A stretch of DNA of 62,128 nucleotides, filler included, from Platydemus manokwari (lineage: Eukaryota), in NCBI GenBank assembly GCA_037951405.1. It is 5 parts of 5 records of this genome, joined end to end, with 100 filler letters (N's around TTAATTAATTAA, not from the genome) between each part and the next. Parts side by side here need not be neighbours in the genome. Positions count along the whole stretch, not along the records: positions 26,850 to 44,264 come from JBBMOY011088853.1; positions 44,365 to 53,215 come from JBBMOY011339205.1; positions 53,316 to 62,128 come from JBBMOY011345760.1; 2 more parts are not named here. One strand, 5' to 3'. This document shows positions 41,018 to 53,386 of the stretch, piece by piece. Within the stretch, counting starts at the first letter, position 1; each line of letters starts with the position of its first letter. The notes below the pieces were generated by a model. That model saw only the letters and a program-made list of their open reading frames with translations. It was not told the origin of the DNA and made no database searches. A program made the position numbers and the translations under genes.

Positions 41018-44000
41018 TAGTAAAGTAAAGTTAACATCATAAATTAAAATAAATACAAATAATAGCTATATTTAAACACAGCATTTCAAATTTTGTTAAA
41101 TTTCATATATAGTTTTAAATATTCAATAATTTTTAAGAGAATATTTTTATATTATTTTAAAAATTTGGAGTCATCATATTGTTCTAAATACGTTTATATT
41201 TAACAATGAACCTTGACATAAGTCCGAAAGCCATTATAATAAAGGCATAATTTAACCAACCACGTTAAAGTCGAAATCCGTTAAATCTTTTCTTTTCAAA
41301 TTTATGTTCGCTTTTTGAAATTTTTTTATGCACAACAATTTGCATTACTACATTATGTTTGGGATACACTTTATTACAAAAATTACAATTATACACCAAA
41401 TAACAATTTTGTGTTTCAAACTACTTTATACACAAAAACGACCAGTATTAGTGCGCAATTGAAATTAAGAAGTAAAACCAGTATTTAAGATGGTTGAGGA
41501 AGAATATAAGATTATTACACATATGGTAATATGTGATTTTTAAAAAAGAACATTACTGCTAAGTCTTTCAATAGATTACTGGCTATATAGAAATTCCAGA
41601 TGTTCCATAAAATTGATCTTTTTCTTCTCTAATGGATCGTAATTTCGACATTAGAAATTATTGCACTTCTCTATTGTAAAGCGTAGCCTGACTATGGAAC
41701 AATTGTGCATACGACAATTGTCACTCGTAGATATTTCCTACTATTTTAATTAATGCAATGCACATATTTTTAACACATGAAATTTATTGTGTTAAAGAGA
41801 AATTCTCTGTGATTAAATTTAATGCATAGCTATTTCATTTATTGTGCACGAAAATAAATAATTATTTATTTATTTCTCGAGAATACGCTGTAAGTTATTT
41901 GTTAATATTATTTTATGGATAATTTTATAATTGGAAATTTTCTTGATAGATCTTTACAAATATTTTTACGTTACATTGTTTTGATAAATATTATAAAACG
42001 TCAATAAACTATTTTGAATCAATTTTATATTGTATTTTATTTATATTAACAGCAAAACTTCCAGAAAAATTTTGTACATTAATGTACAGCTATTATCAAA
42101 TTATTGTCTTTAAAAATGTTTTCAGCCTCAAACCTAACAAATTATATAAATGCACGCTGTGTTTATGGTTTCAATTATTCATAATCTTCTTTTTAATGTA
42201 GAAGCTTTTCCTTTTACTTGCCATTCTTATATGTAATTACACATATAATATTTGTTGTTTATTTAGTACCATTATTTATTTTAACATTTATTATACTTTC
42301 ATTTTCTTTTCTTTATATTTACGTTAAACATATAAGACACAGTAATGTTGGGTTTTGGTTACTCGATGGTTCGCTCTATTGTTAATTAACCCAACAAATG
42401 AGTTCGAGTCCGACAAAAATATTCACATTTAAGATTTGCCTAATAGGTGAAATCAAAACACATTTATCAATGAAATATACAATCAACTTACTACAATGTC
42501 CACACTAATTCAGGTTATACAATTAGTTTTTACAAAAGGAACAATCAATTTCTTCAATATATCCTTTTATAAAATATATTTTTAAAATGTAGATACGAAT
42601 AAGTATATTAATGCACACATTTTAGTACTTTGATGTATTTTTCAGGTTTAGCCTCATATGATTGTAATGCACTTGATGGTTTTTTTTAACAATATCACCA
42701 TGACATGCTTTAATATTCTGACACTTTACATGCTACCTTTCTTAAAATTTTACATTTTCAAGGTGCAATCAGTCAAATTCACAGAATTAATGATCAAATT
42801 ACTTTTGGAAATTTATTAAACATATGTAAAAAATTTTAAACGTTCTGTATTTAGAAGCCAGAATAATAGAATTTCTATTCAGTTTTCCCTCTTTGAGTTA
42901 ATTTTGTATTCTATTATTTTTAATTTTATTAAATTTCAGGCCTTACAGTTTGCATAATAGTGGGACTGGAACTGAATCATTCTTATTACATGATATTATG
43001 ACTTTGGAATTTATCGGGACATTATGTGTTATTACAAATTATGCAACAATGTGGATATTACATAAAATCACAATGATGGCTCTTGGCCTATTATGAGGAT
43101 GGACAAGAAAAATATAAATTTCGAAATATATCATCATTAAACATAATTTTGTAAAATAAAATGTCATATTTTAAAACAATTAAACATTAAAGGAAAACCG
43201 TTCGATTGTAAATAAATCATAAAGGAGTTGCAGAAATGTATTTGTTATCAGTTATTTTTATCGGCACATCAACAGATCGGAAAAATCGAGAAATCAATAG
43301 ACAAATCTCAAGCAATTATTGTGGAAATAGCCAATAATTGAGAGACACAAATTTCATGACAGAAATACATACATTGATGACCAAACACAGAAGTTGCAAC
43401 ATCTGAATCTTCTTTTAAAGGCGTCCTTTACGAACTTGCTACTTATCACGGGTAATATATTAAGCCTAGCACAATGAATAAACACAGAGCATGATTGCTG
43501 ATGAAGCTATTATATATTACACGATTACATATGAATTTTCGAACTATTTTTGTGCAGTAGGTGGTTAAAATGAAGAATTTGAATAAAGTATTGATTATAT
43601 ATAATTAAAATCTTATATAAATTAAAATCTGTAGTAAATAAAACGAAACTTTAAAGAATATGCTTATTCTTAAATTTCAAATGTAGTCAAATAGGTTTAT
43701 ATTTTTTTAAAATATATTTCATATAATGAAAGTTATTTCTTTATATCAATGAAATCAGATCTACATTTAATGTTAATATATTTTTTAAATCAATTATTTA
43801 GATTTATTTTGCCTCTTGATGAACTTCCTTTCCACCTCCTGCTTGAATAGGTTTTGCTGAAAAAGATTATCTCAATTATAAAATGTGAAATTAAATTAAA
43901 ACAAAAAATTTACTCATTAAAATACTTATTATATAAACTTGATAATGAAATTTTTCGAACTCATAACAATAATAAATTTTTAATTAAATAAAGGTGGTAA

Positions 44001-44655
44001 TCAGTGTGATAATGCAGCGAAGTCTGATTAGTGATTGTTTCTAAGTTTTCAATCATAAGACTTCAAGATTTAGAAATGGCTTTCTTGGGAAAATAAATAT
44101 ATTTCTACTTGTAATGTTTCATCTTATTTATCTGTATCGAATTTGATAATTTAGAAATCAATAATTACTTTTATTGTTTTGCCAGGGGTTTTCTTGAATT
44201 ATATGAGATAAAATAATGATAAATATTAATTTCAACTGGAAATGTGCTTTTAAATAATGGCAATNNNNNNNNNNNNNNNNNNNNNNNNNNNNNNNNNNNN
44301 NNNNNNNNTTAATTAATTAANNNNNNNNNNNNNNNNNNNNNNNNNNNNNNNNNNNNNNNNNNNNAATCACATTTGGTTCGTATTTTTTTTATTTATTTAC
44401 TAGGCTATATCATCTAGATTACTTGTAAATTATTCATTTAACATCATCTTAATTAATTTTAATATTCTCCTAATATCATCTGAAAATTTTCATTCTAATT
44501 TCATGAAATTCGCATTATCACATGAGCAAATGTTGTTAAATTTAACTGAATGGATTGGTGAGAAAACCTGTTCATAGAAATTTGTATTCTAACTCTAAGC
44601 TGGTGTGCATTTGTGATGTAAGTGGTAGTGATGAAAGAATTATTGCTTTGATAAG

Positions 44656-44778
44656 CTTTGATGTCTTTTGAAACTGTAAGCATTCACAGTTGTTGTTCAA
44701 TTGAGTGGCTTTGAATTATGAACTTTGATGTCTTTTGAAACTGTAAGCATTCACAATTCTTGTTCAATTGAGTGGCTT
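44656..44778. repeat. 67-bp tandem duplication
   Basis: ctttgatgtcttttgaaactgtaagcattcaca(g/a)tt(g/c)ttgttcaattgagtggctt starts at 44656 and again at 44723. Confidence 0.9.
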
Positions 44779-45085
44779 GTAACAAAAACCATTTTTCATT
44801 ATAGATTTATATAAGTTGAACCCATATATGAGGCTTATAAATTATTTTAATGTATTTCTACTTAATTTGGATAAATTTTTATAAACTTAGATAATTACAA
44901 TATTGTGCTAATATCATACTTTTTTGATCATCATATTGGTCAAATTAAATTAAATTTTACAATATGGGATCAAAACAAATTCCATTTCCTATAAAATATT
45001 GGTTGTTTTCATTTGACATCAAAAATTCCAATAATAAATACAAATAAAATTATAAAGTTAGAGTAATTTCAATTTATAATTTTAG

Positions 45086-47274
45086 TTGCACCAATCCAAC
45101 TAATAATTCAACCGGATTTTCTAAATTTCTACTTAAGATCAATAATTTTTAATGTATCGTGTGAACTTGAAAATACTAGCGTTATTGAAAAACATAAGCT
45201 GGTTGATTTAGAAATGGTTTCAAATAGCACTTTAGTGACACGTTTAGGAAATCTGATTTATAGAATGCCTGGGACTGACATAGGAACAGTCTGTTTTACA
45301 TGTGGTAATAACTTCATACCATACGTAAATAAATGTTATTGGTTTTATGGTGAGATGTTTAAAATTTAAATTAACTTTTAGTCCTATATTAATGCATAAC
45401 CTTTAAGACAAAGTCCTGAATGTCCACATTCAACCGAATTACACTAAAATTTACCTTCCAAAAAAGACGATGAACATTTCGTGTAATGTTGATCCAGCTG
45501 ATTTGGTCGATCGTAAATTTATAAAATATGTTATTTTTATTTTCAATAACAGCACAGTTTCAAAAGGAAATAAGAAATTAATTATTTTTGATGGCAGAAA
45601 AGTTGGTCGAATTTGCTTCTCTTGTGGCCATGCTTTAATAAACTTCACTATGAGATGCTACGATTATTATGGTATGAACTGAAATTATCAGATACCTTTA
45701 TTATTTAAGAGAATAACGTTCTTATTTATGTAGAAATCAATATAAGTATAAATGGAACTATAAGTAATTATGTGTAAGTAACTATATGAATAAAATTTTA
45801 ATATTAGAAATATTCGACAAAAGAATTATAATTTTTCAATATCAATAATATCAAAATATATTTTTATAAAAAACAAAAATCAATTATCTTTTGCTGAATC
45901 CTTATAATCCAGTCATAAATTCAAACAAAGCGCAACGTTAGAAGAATTATCAATAAAATTTTACCTTTTTGGCAAAAGAAACACAAGCATAATAAGTGAG
46001 ATTGAGCTTTCAAATTTTTCGCAGTATCAAAGAGTTTGAAAACCACAGCTCCAGTTAGTCATGTAACCGTGATATTTGTTCATTTTTCGTAAAATATTTT
46101 TAGCATAATTATTTTAAAAATTATTGGAATTTAATAACGATATTGTTAATAGTGTGCTAATTCTCTTATTATATATTTATCCATGTTTTTCTTTCAAGAT
46201 AAAAGTATAATAATAGTTGTGAAACCGGAATACTACAAATATTACTTTCCCAGCAAATTGTTTAAAATAAAATGCATTGTAACGCCTGAGGAAGTTATTG
46301 AAAAGAATCTGATATTGGGAATTGGATTCATTTTTAACAATTCGACATTCAACTTGTCAAACATTAGAGAAATAACTGTAAATCGCTCAGAAATGGGTAC
46401 CATTTGCGTCCAATGTGGTCATGTGATGCTGAATATTATTAATAGGTGCTACGAAAATTATGGTAAAGCTAATTTTAAATTCTTCTAAATTGTGCTATTT
46501 GTAGTGACATTGATTTATATAGCCAAAGTTGTATTAAATGTTTTTAAATAGTTAATCAATTTTGACATTATCAACATTCATAAGTGAATTTATAGCACAA
46601 CAGAAGCTAAAGATTTAGAAATATGCTTGTCATAGCTTATAGGGTTGATATATTTTATAATTTCGAATAAAAAATAGCTGATAAAACAAATTTGATTTAC
46701 CTTTTCTTGTTTTTTTAATTTTATATTTATATTATTTTTATCATTTTTCTTCATTTAAATGTCGATGAGTTTTGCTTAATAAAAACCAACCGATATTGAA
46801 AATATTGATAAAATTAATATTAAGTTAAAAGAGCTTGAAAAATTTAAAGTATCAGTGCTAGTTGATAATCGTCAATTCTCTATTTGTTGTAAGAGTTTAA
46901 TCGAAGAAATTTGAAATACATATAATTTAAATATATTGACTAGATAAACTAAAAATGTCTTCAGCGATAGATTATCAATTAATTTAAGTTTATAAAATTA
47001 TGTAGTATTTCTTTAATAGGAAACAAACCAAATATTACTATTCTACCTAATAATGAAGTGTACTTGCTACGTGTAAAAATGTACGTTTATTGTGATGTTT
47101 ATCCACCACCAAGTCTTCACTTGATAGGAAATTTGGCGTTTACCTTTGTAAATGCATCATTATTATATCGATCGGCGACAGTTATAATAACGGATGGTAC
47201 CGATAATAAAATGATTTGTTTTGAATGTGGAATTATCGATTTAACTATTGCCCGAAAATGTTATGAGCCACTTG
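45086..47274 (+). CDS. Extracellular protein with four tandem divergent Ig-like, four-Cys domains (one domain per exon); 5' and 3' exons unresolved
   Basis: Exons 45086-45349, 45408-45671, 46199-46462 (264 nt each) and 47020-47274 (255 nt) have AG/GT boundaries and are all phase 1-1 and open. Each encodes hydrophobic-x-P...C-x41/43-C-x2-C-G-x9-C-Y and an aligned N-glycosylation sequon (NST/NST/NST/NAS). Confidence 0.8.
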
Positions 47275-47949
47275 GTAATTTATTTATATTTTTATTATAT
47301 GTTACTATAATTGTAATTAAATATTATATTTTCATGAAATATTTTAAAATATTTTAATAAGTCATGACAAACGATTCATAAATAGGCATACTGTTAAGAA
47401 TAAATAAATCATAAGATTATATTTCATAAAAATACGGAGAATGAGAAAAGCTTCAAAAATATCACCTAAATTCAGTAAAAATTTGGAAATAGATGAAAAT
47501 ACAAGTGAAACACTTACATAAATCAACAACCAATCAGAATTCCCAATGTTGGTAGTTGTTACATTATCATTTATAATACTCATACTCATTCAGGGAAATG
47601 CATAATCAACAATTCACCAATCAAATATTAGTAAAATGTAACATCGTAAATTAAGATTTTGATCGATACAACTTTATCTTAACAAATAAAAAAATTGATA
47701 ATAAAAAACTTAAGAAAACTTTACCAATCTATATATAATAAGCATTTCAATTTTTAATTCACTTGGTGCATAGTGATTAAATTTAATCTGTGCACTTTTT
47801 CATATATATGTTCACCTAATTTTATCGTAACTTTCTATTTATTATTATAAGCTTTCAGTATCATTCAATGCTTTGTTGTTACAAGATTTATTCAATACAA
47901 ATTTGTTTTGATTATTGGATTGATTGTGACCTGGTTGGGTCTGAAAGCT

Positions 47950-49130
47950 TTGATTCGTGAGGTCAATTTTGCTTTTTCATTCATTCATCTCGGCTTTTCG
48001 TTTGGTTAGAATTGTTTGATTCTATTTTGTGTTAGATAAAATCTATCAAAACACTGGTCGAGTGAAATTGCCAGATTTTTGCAGAATGTTCAATATTTGA
48101 GATTGCGCATTCTTTGACCAGGTTTTGGATTTTATTCTTAGGCACGCCAAAATTGCTTCTGTTGAGGCCGGAACTGTACAAAGTGAGCCTATAATGCACG
48201 TGAAAAGCTCAATATTGAAATCTGGTTTTAATTAGGCTGGCTCATTCTTAAAATCGGTATAATGAATTATATTTTTGTTTGATTCCTCGAAGTTTTGTAC
48301 TGTGTCGATCGGACATTTCATGTCTACCAGGAAGGTCTTTTTTCGCTCTACGTCGGTAACCGATAAATCGACGCGCTATTTTCTGTCCGGTAACAGTAAG
48401 CACATTTAGTTCACTACTACAATTATTTTTTTTGATCGAAGACAGTCAACAATTTTGGTAAGGCATGCATCATGGCGAGCAGTTTGTAGCTTTTTCGGAT
48501 TTCAACCCTGTAGTGCATGTGCCATGGTTTCAGGGAAGCTATGGTAACGTCGGCACTTTTGACTTTTCTCATTTGTCTTCCAAGGCCATGCATTAATTGC
48601 TAGAGTATTTTTTCTAGCTGGGTGAATGAGCTTAAACTCAAAAGATTTCAGGTCACTACGAAAAATCATCTTATTAATTCGTGGAGATAGCTTAACTGTA
48701 TCTGCAATAAAATTATGCGTTTACTATCAAGCTATCTTGAAGAATAAGATTCCTGAATCAATTGGTGTCAAACAAGAGATAGTTGCTTTCGATTACGAGA
48801 ACCAAAGTTGTAAGTTCCGCAAGAAACAGATGTCATCCTCAAGTAAGTTTATCTTTAACAAATTCAAAAATCAGGCTAATTTTTTGAGTAATTTGAAAAT
48901 ATTTCAAAGCATTGATAACACGTATCCACCAAATCTTTTTAGAAGCAGAGTTTTCCATAGATTTTTTACCACTGATCCATTCAAAGCTTTCACCGATTGA
49001 TGGATTTGAGTTACGAAATCTTGTAGAAGAAACAAAGCAAAGTGAATCAGATATAATTCTCTTTGTCAGTGAACAATCAGAGTTTAAGCGATGGTTGAGT
49101 GTGATATTCATCAATTCACGGAGATAAGTT
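47950..49130 (-). mobile_element. 3' fragment of a NeSL/Utopia-like (R2 superfamily) non-LTR retrotransposon with restriction-like endonuclease
   Basis: Minus strand reads EFKLIHPARKNTL (cf. WRFIHRARLN), a CCHC knuckle remnant KCRRY...ETMAHALQG*...TARHD, then the RLE core RVDL...FLVDMKCPID...F...IIGSL. Upstream, LNSDC...IWWIRV resembles the post-RT region. Stops and frameshifts are present. Confidence 0.85.
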
Positions 49131-52100
49131 TTATCATTGTTATGTAGCTATATCCTGTTTTCTAGATTTTAGCCTGGTAATTGATGAAGTACGGGGAACG
49201 AGAATATTAGCCTATAGAAAAGCGCATAGTGAACATTTTCGTTCCTGTGAAAACCTGACAAAAGTTTGACTACAAAAACCCAGAATTTCGGACTTCGATT
49301 TTCAAAAGAGATATTTTTATGTTTGAAATAAATCTTTGCACGTTCAGTGATTATATCTAACGATACATTTAACTGTTTCCACGGCTATTGCGTAATTTAT
49401 GATTTGAACCCAGCTCAATCAAACTATAAATAATCAATAAATTAACAATAAAATTCGTGTCACCCCGTGTTTTCCCGGGAACATTGGTCTTAACCATTTT
49501 TAAATCACTAGTTACACATCAAGTCTCTTACAGTCGTTGACATTGAAGTCATCTTGTCTAAAATCTGTTCCATATAATTAGAATCACAAACAATAAAAAT
49601 ATAATCAATAAATATCATTATCATAAACCCCCATCTCTAATTGGTTCTAAATTGCCAGTATTCAATTTTATTAATCGATTATTTTTTCTCTTCATTATGA
49701 TATTCATTGCAATTGTTGGCCATTACATTTTATTGGTGTCATTATTTATTCATTCATTTTATTTATAAATCAAAATGTTTTAGCACCATTAGTGGAGTCA
49801 CATACTTATTTAAAACCTTTATTTATATATTTTATCGCGCATTTACAATTCAAGCTCAGAAAATACATTTTATTGTCAAATTCCTGATGATATCTTTACA
49901 CTTAAATAAAATATATCTGAAAATCCCAGAAAACATAAGAACACTGTGCAGACAATGACGATTTTAACGCTTGACTGGAAATGCTGGGAAATTTTTGTGA
50001 ATGGGAGTATAATATCATATTGGATTGTGACATCGGTAGTCATTTCATACATGCCAGCTTCTGATAATTCAGTGAATTATGGGTTGAGAAAATTATTGCG
50101 ACAATTTTGATTGGCTAATTTTTTTGCACATAGTTCATGGGCTTGGATTCAAATTTGATCCTTTGAGAACTTTTTCTCACAATTTTTTAAGTTGAAATGC
50201 TTGCAAATTTCCGCAGAGGTAGTCAGCTTTTAGAGCTAATCTGTTTATGCTTCTGGATTCTTTTTGAGCTCTGGCAACGTGTCTTGTTTGTTGTTCTTAC
50301 CTGTTCTTGCTGTTCTTCTTTCGAGACATGGTGATTCAATACTTTGAACAAAGGCATTTGTCGGTTGGCTAACTTTCGCATTGTTCCTCGGCTTTCCTTT
50401 GAGTACCTTTGTCCGAGAGCCTCAATGAAGCCGTATGGGAGTAAACAGAGACCCAACGCTGAAATCAGTCGGAGGTGATTATCATTAAATGTTAGAATTG
50501 GCACTAGATAGCACATAAACATAGAGTCTGTGATAGCAATATTTGAGTAACCGCAGCAATAGTCATTGTATTGTTAATTTCTTGCTCTGGGATGAGTGTG
50601 AATAAGATTTCACGTGCTTTGATCTGACTCCAAAGATCTTGTAGCGTTTTGTAAATATGTGGCCCAAATAATATAAATACTATTTAGTTATAAATATACT
50701 AATAGCAACTGAGTTTCCTGAAAAATGTATTAACTGGAAATTCAAAATACAAAGGCAAATCACAAGACAACAAATATATCGATATACAATTTAGTTAGTG
50801 TGCAACAACGAACCGGTGATGTATTCTACTTAACCAGAGAGACCGATCCACAGGACAGTGACTAACCATGTAATGGAGAAAAACTTAGTAAAAAGTACCG
50901 GAACTAAAACGAAGAGCTGATTATTAAATACCGAATCGTTTGATACTGTATGTGGATGTAGAGCAATGTACACCTTTTAATTACAGCGATATGAATCCAC
51001 TGCAGGCGAGCGTTCTGCAGTTTTTCTCGTTTTTGAGTTGATTTTTGTGAGTTCACTTTGCTGGCTTCTGTTCTGAGTGACTAATTTTGTGCAGATGAAT
51101 GTTTTGACCACTATTTGTCGATTGAGTCGTGTATTTATACACTGTGTTTCTGCCACTTCAATTCTTTAAATTCTAAACTTAGGTTTTGATTTTCGTTTAA
51201 ATTCAGTTTGCATATTTATTTAATTCTATATTTAGAGTTGCTGTTATTTATGTAATTATTCTATTCTATTTATGTGGACTTGTTATTTTAGTTCCATATT
51301 TGTAATTATAGATTCTATTTTTGTATTTATTGATTCTATTTAATAATTATATTATGACTCATTGATCGCCTGTTGTAAATTGTCTTTCTCCGGGTTAACT
51401 CTGGGTGGTTAGATTATTGGATCCCAACATTGGATCCCAACAGTATAGAGATATTGATTTGAATCGGAATTCGCTATTTAGCTAAAAAATTATACTCTAA
51501 ATAACTCTAATCATTTATTTTTCTAACATAAGGCTTTGATGAATAAACAAGCTCAATGTAGAGTCCAAGAAACTCAAAGATTTCGAAAACAAAATCGAAG
51601 TTGTGCTCAAAATCTTGATCAATAATTTGCAGAAAATTCTCTTTGTAGTTTGGTTTTAGCAAAAAAGGATTTATAATTGATAAATAAAAATTTATGAGAT
51701 AAAACTAATCTGGTAATGATGTATAGATAATCGATAAATGATAGTTTGATTTAACTAAGTCGTGATCGACATTTGATTAGAAGTTAATCTATACTAATAC
51801 AATCTATACTAATATAATTTATACAAAACAATCAATAAATTATTTATTAGATTTATATTTGTAAATCAATGCCTTGCATTCTATACAAATATATCTAAAA
51901 ATCATTAAACTAAATATATTTATAATTGATTTAAAATTTTAATTATAAAAAATATCGATTTGTGTTTAAATCAATCATTTCAATGCTTCCATAAATATTT
52001 ATTTTTCAAATAATAAGGAAAAGATTACCCAATTTTATTAATAAATTATTACGTATTGCCTTTGTTATAAACATTATTGATTAAACTGATTCGAATTTCT

Positions 52101-52213
52101 TTCAAATTGTAAGTGTGAAAAATTTTTGCATTACTATTTCAGTTAACAGTTATGAAAATCGTTGTTAAACATGATTTTATTCTCGAAAATAATTAACTAT
52201 AATCCTTTTCAAG

Positions 52214-53002
52214 GTGATGGAAAGCCACCAGTACAATGACAATTATGATGACGATCAACAGAATCAAAGACGGGAACGAAAGAAGAAACGCAATCGTAAA
52301 CCGAGAGAGGAAAATTATAATGACGAAGAGAATTATCATGATTTCAACAGTCCGAATTATGAACAAGCATCTTCACCGCTGACGGCATTTCCTCGGAAAT
52401 CGGAAGAAGAAAATTTTGACCCGTCGCAAGCACCGAAACGGAAACATCGATCGAAACCGAAAACGAAACGAGAAGAAGAATATTCGGAAGATCCAAACCC
52501 ACATCGGAGTGGATATCATGATGAAAGGTTTAACTCGCCAGAACCAAGTTATGAAAATGAATTTGAAGAGAGGAAACCTCGTAAGGAAAGAAAGAAGAAA
52601 TCACGAGACGTCCACATGGATGAGCCGGCTTCAGAAGATCCTTATTTGAATATTCAGTCACCTAATGGTCACAAAGATAATAATTATCCATTCGAAGATC
52701 CAAGTGAATCAATTCAATTGGAAGATGATTCGCAATATCAAGATGATGAGATGGCTCGATCAGATGATGGCGCTCTCGATCACCAAGATGGTTCAGCGAG
52801 AGCCGGCGACAAACCAAAGAAAAAGAGCGGTGGATTCATGAAGATATTTGCATCATTTAAGAAGAAAAACAAAGCTAAAAATGCCGATACAAGCTTCAAT
52901 GGCAAACAATGGCAATCGAATCCAGAAATATTCAATCCAGCATATGACAGCCAACCGGGCACGCTTGAGAAATCAAGTTGGGATTTTTGGAATTTTTATT
53001 GA
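52214..53002 (+). CDS. Highly charged, intrinsically disordered protein (single large or terminal exon), family unknown
   Basis: Acceptor ccttttcaag at 52213, ATG at 52217, then a 262-codon open GC-enriched frame with alternating acidic and basic blocks, ending FNPAYDSQPGTLEKSSWDFWNFY*. Confidence 0.75.
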   Translation: MMESHQYNDNYDDDQQNQRRERKKKRNRKPREENYNDEENYHDFNSPNYEQASSPLTAFPRKSEEENFDPSQAPKRKHRSKPKTKREEEYSEDPNPHRSGYHDERFNSPEPSYENEFEERKPRKERKKKSRDVHMDEPASEDPYLNIQSPNGHKDNNYPFEDPSESIQLEDDSQYQDDEMARSDDGALDHQDGSARAGDKPKKKSGGFMKIFASFKKKNKAKNADTSFNGKQWQSNPEIFNPAYDSQPGTLEKSSWDFWNFY

Positions 53003-53386
53003 AAAATATTTTTATATATCGATTAAAATGAATTTGAAATTTTATTTTTAATAATTAGTTATTTAATTAATTAATTAATTTTAATTAAAAATCTATTTTT
53101 AACTGACTATATTATTTTATAATTATTTTATAAAAATTTTATTGATTTTTAATTATTAATAATTTTATTATTCAGTGGAATTTTATTAAATTTAATAAAT
53201 AATATATTTGATTAANNNNNNNNNNNNNNNNNNNNNNNNNNNNNNNNNNNNNNNNNNNNTTAATTAATTAANNNNNNNNNNNNNNNNNNNNNNNNNNNNN
53301 NNNNNNNNNNNNNNNATAAATTATACAATAAATTAATTATGTATTTTTTCATATAAATAAATTATTTTTTATTTTATAATAAAGAT

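Noticed and set aside
44656-44778. Direct repeat considered as a CRISPR-like array
   Set aside because: Only two adjacent units, no unique spacers, eukaryotic context; a simple tandem duplication.
48626-49000. 124-aa plus-strand ORF
   Set aside because: Antisense shadow of the minus-strand NeSL/Utopia-like coding region.
50223-50522. 99-aa minus ORF
   Set aside because: No recognisable domain or splice structure; possibly TE-derived but unsupported.
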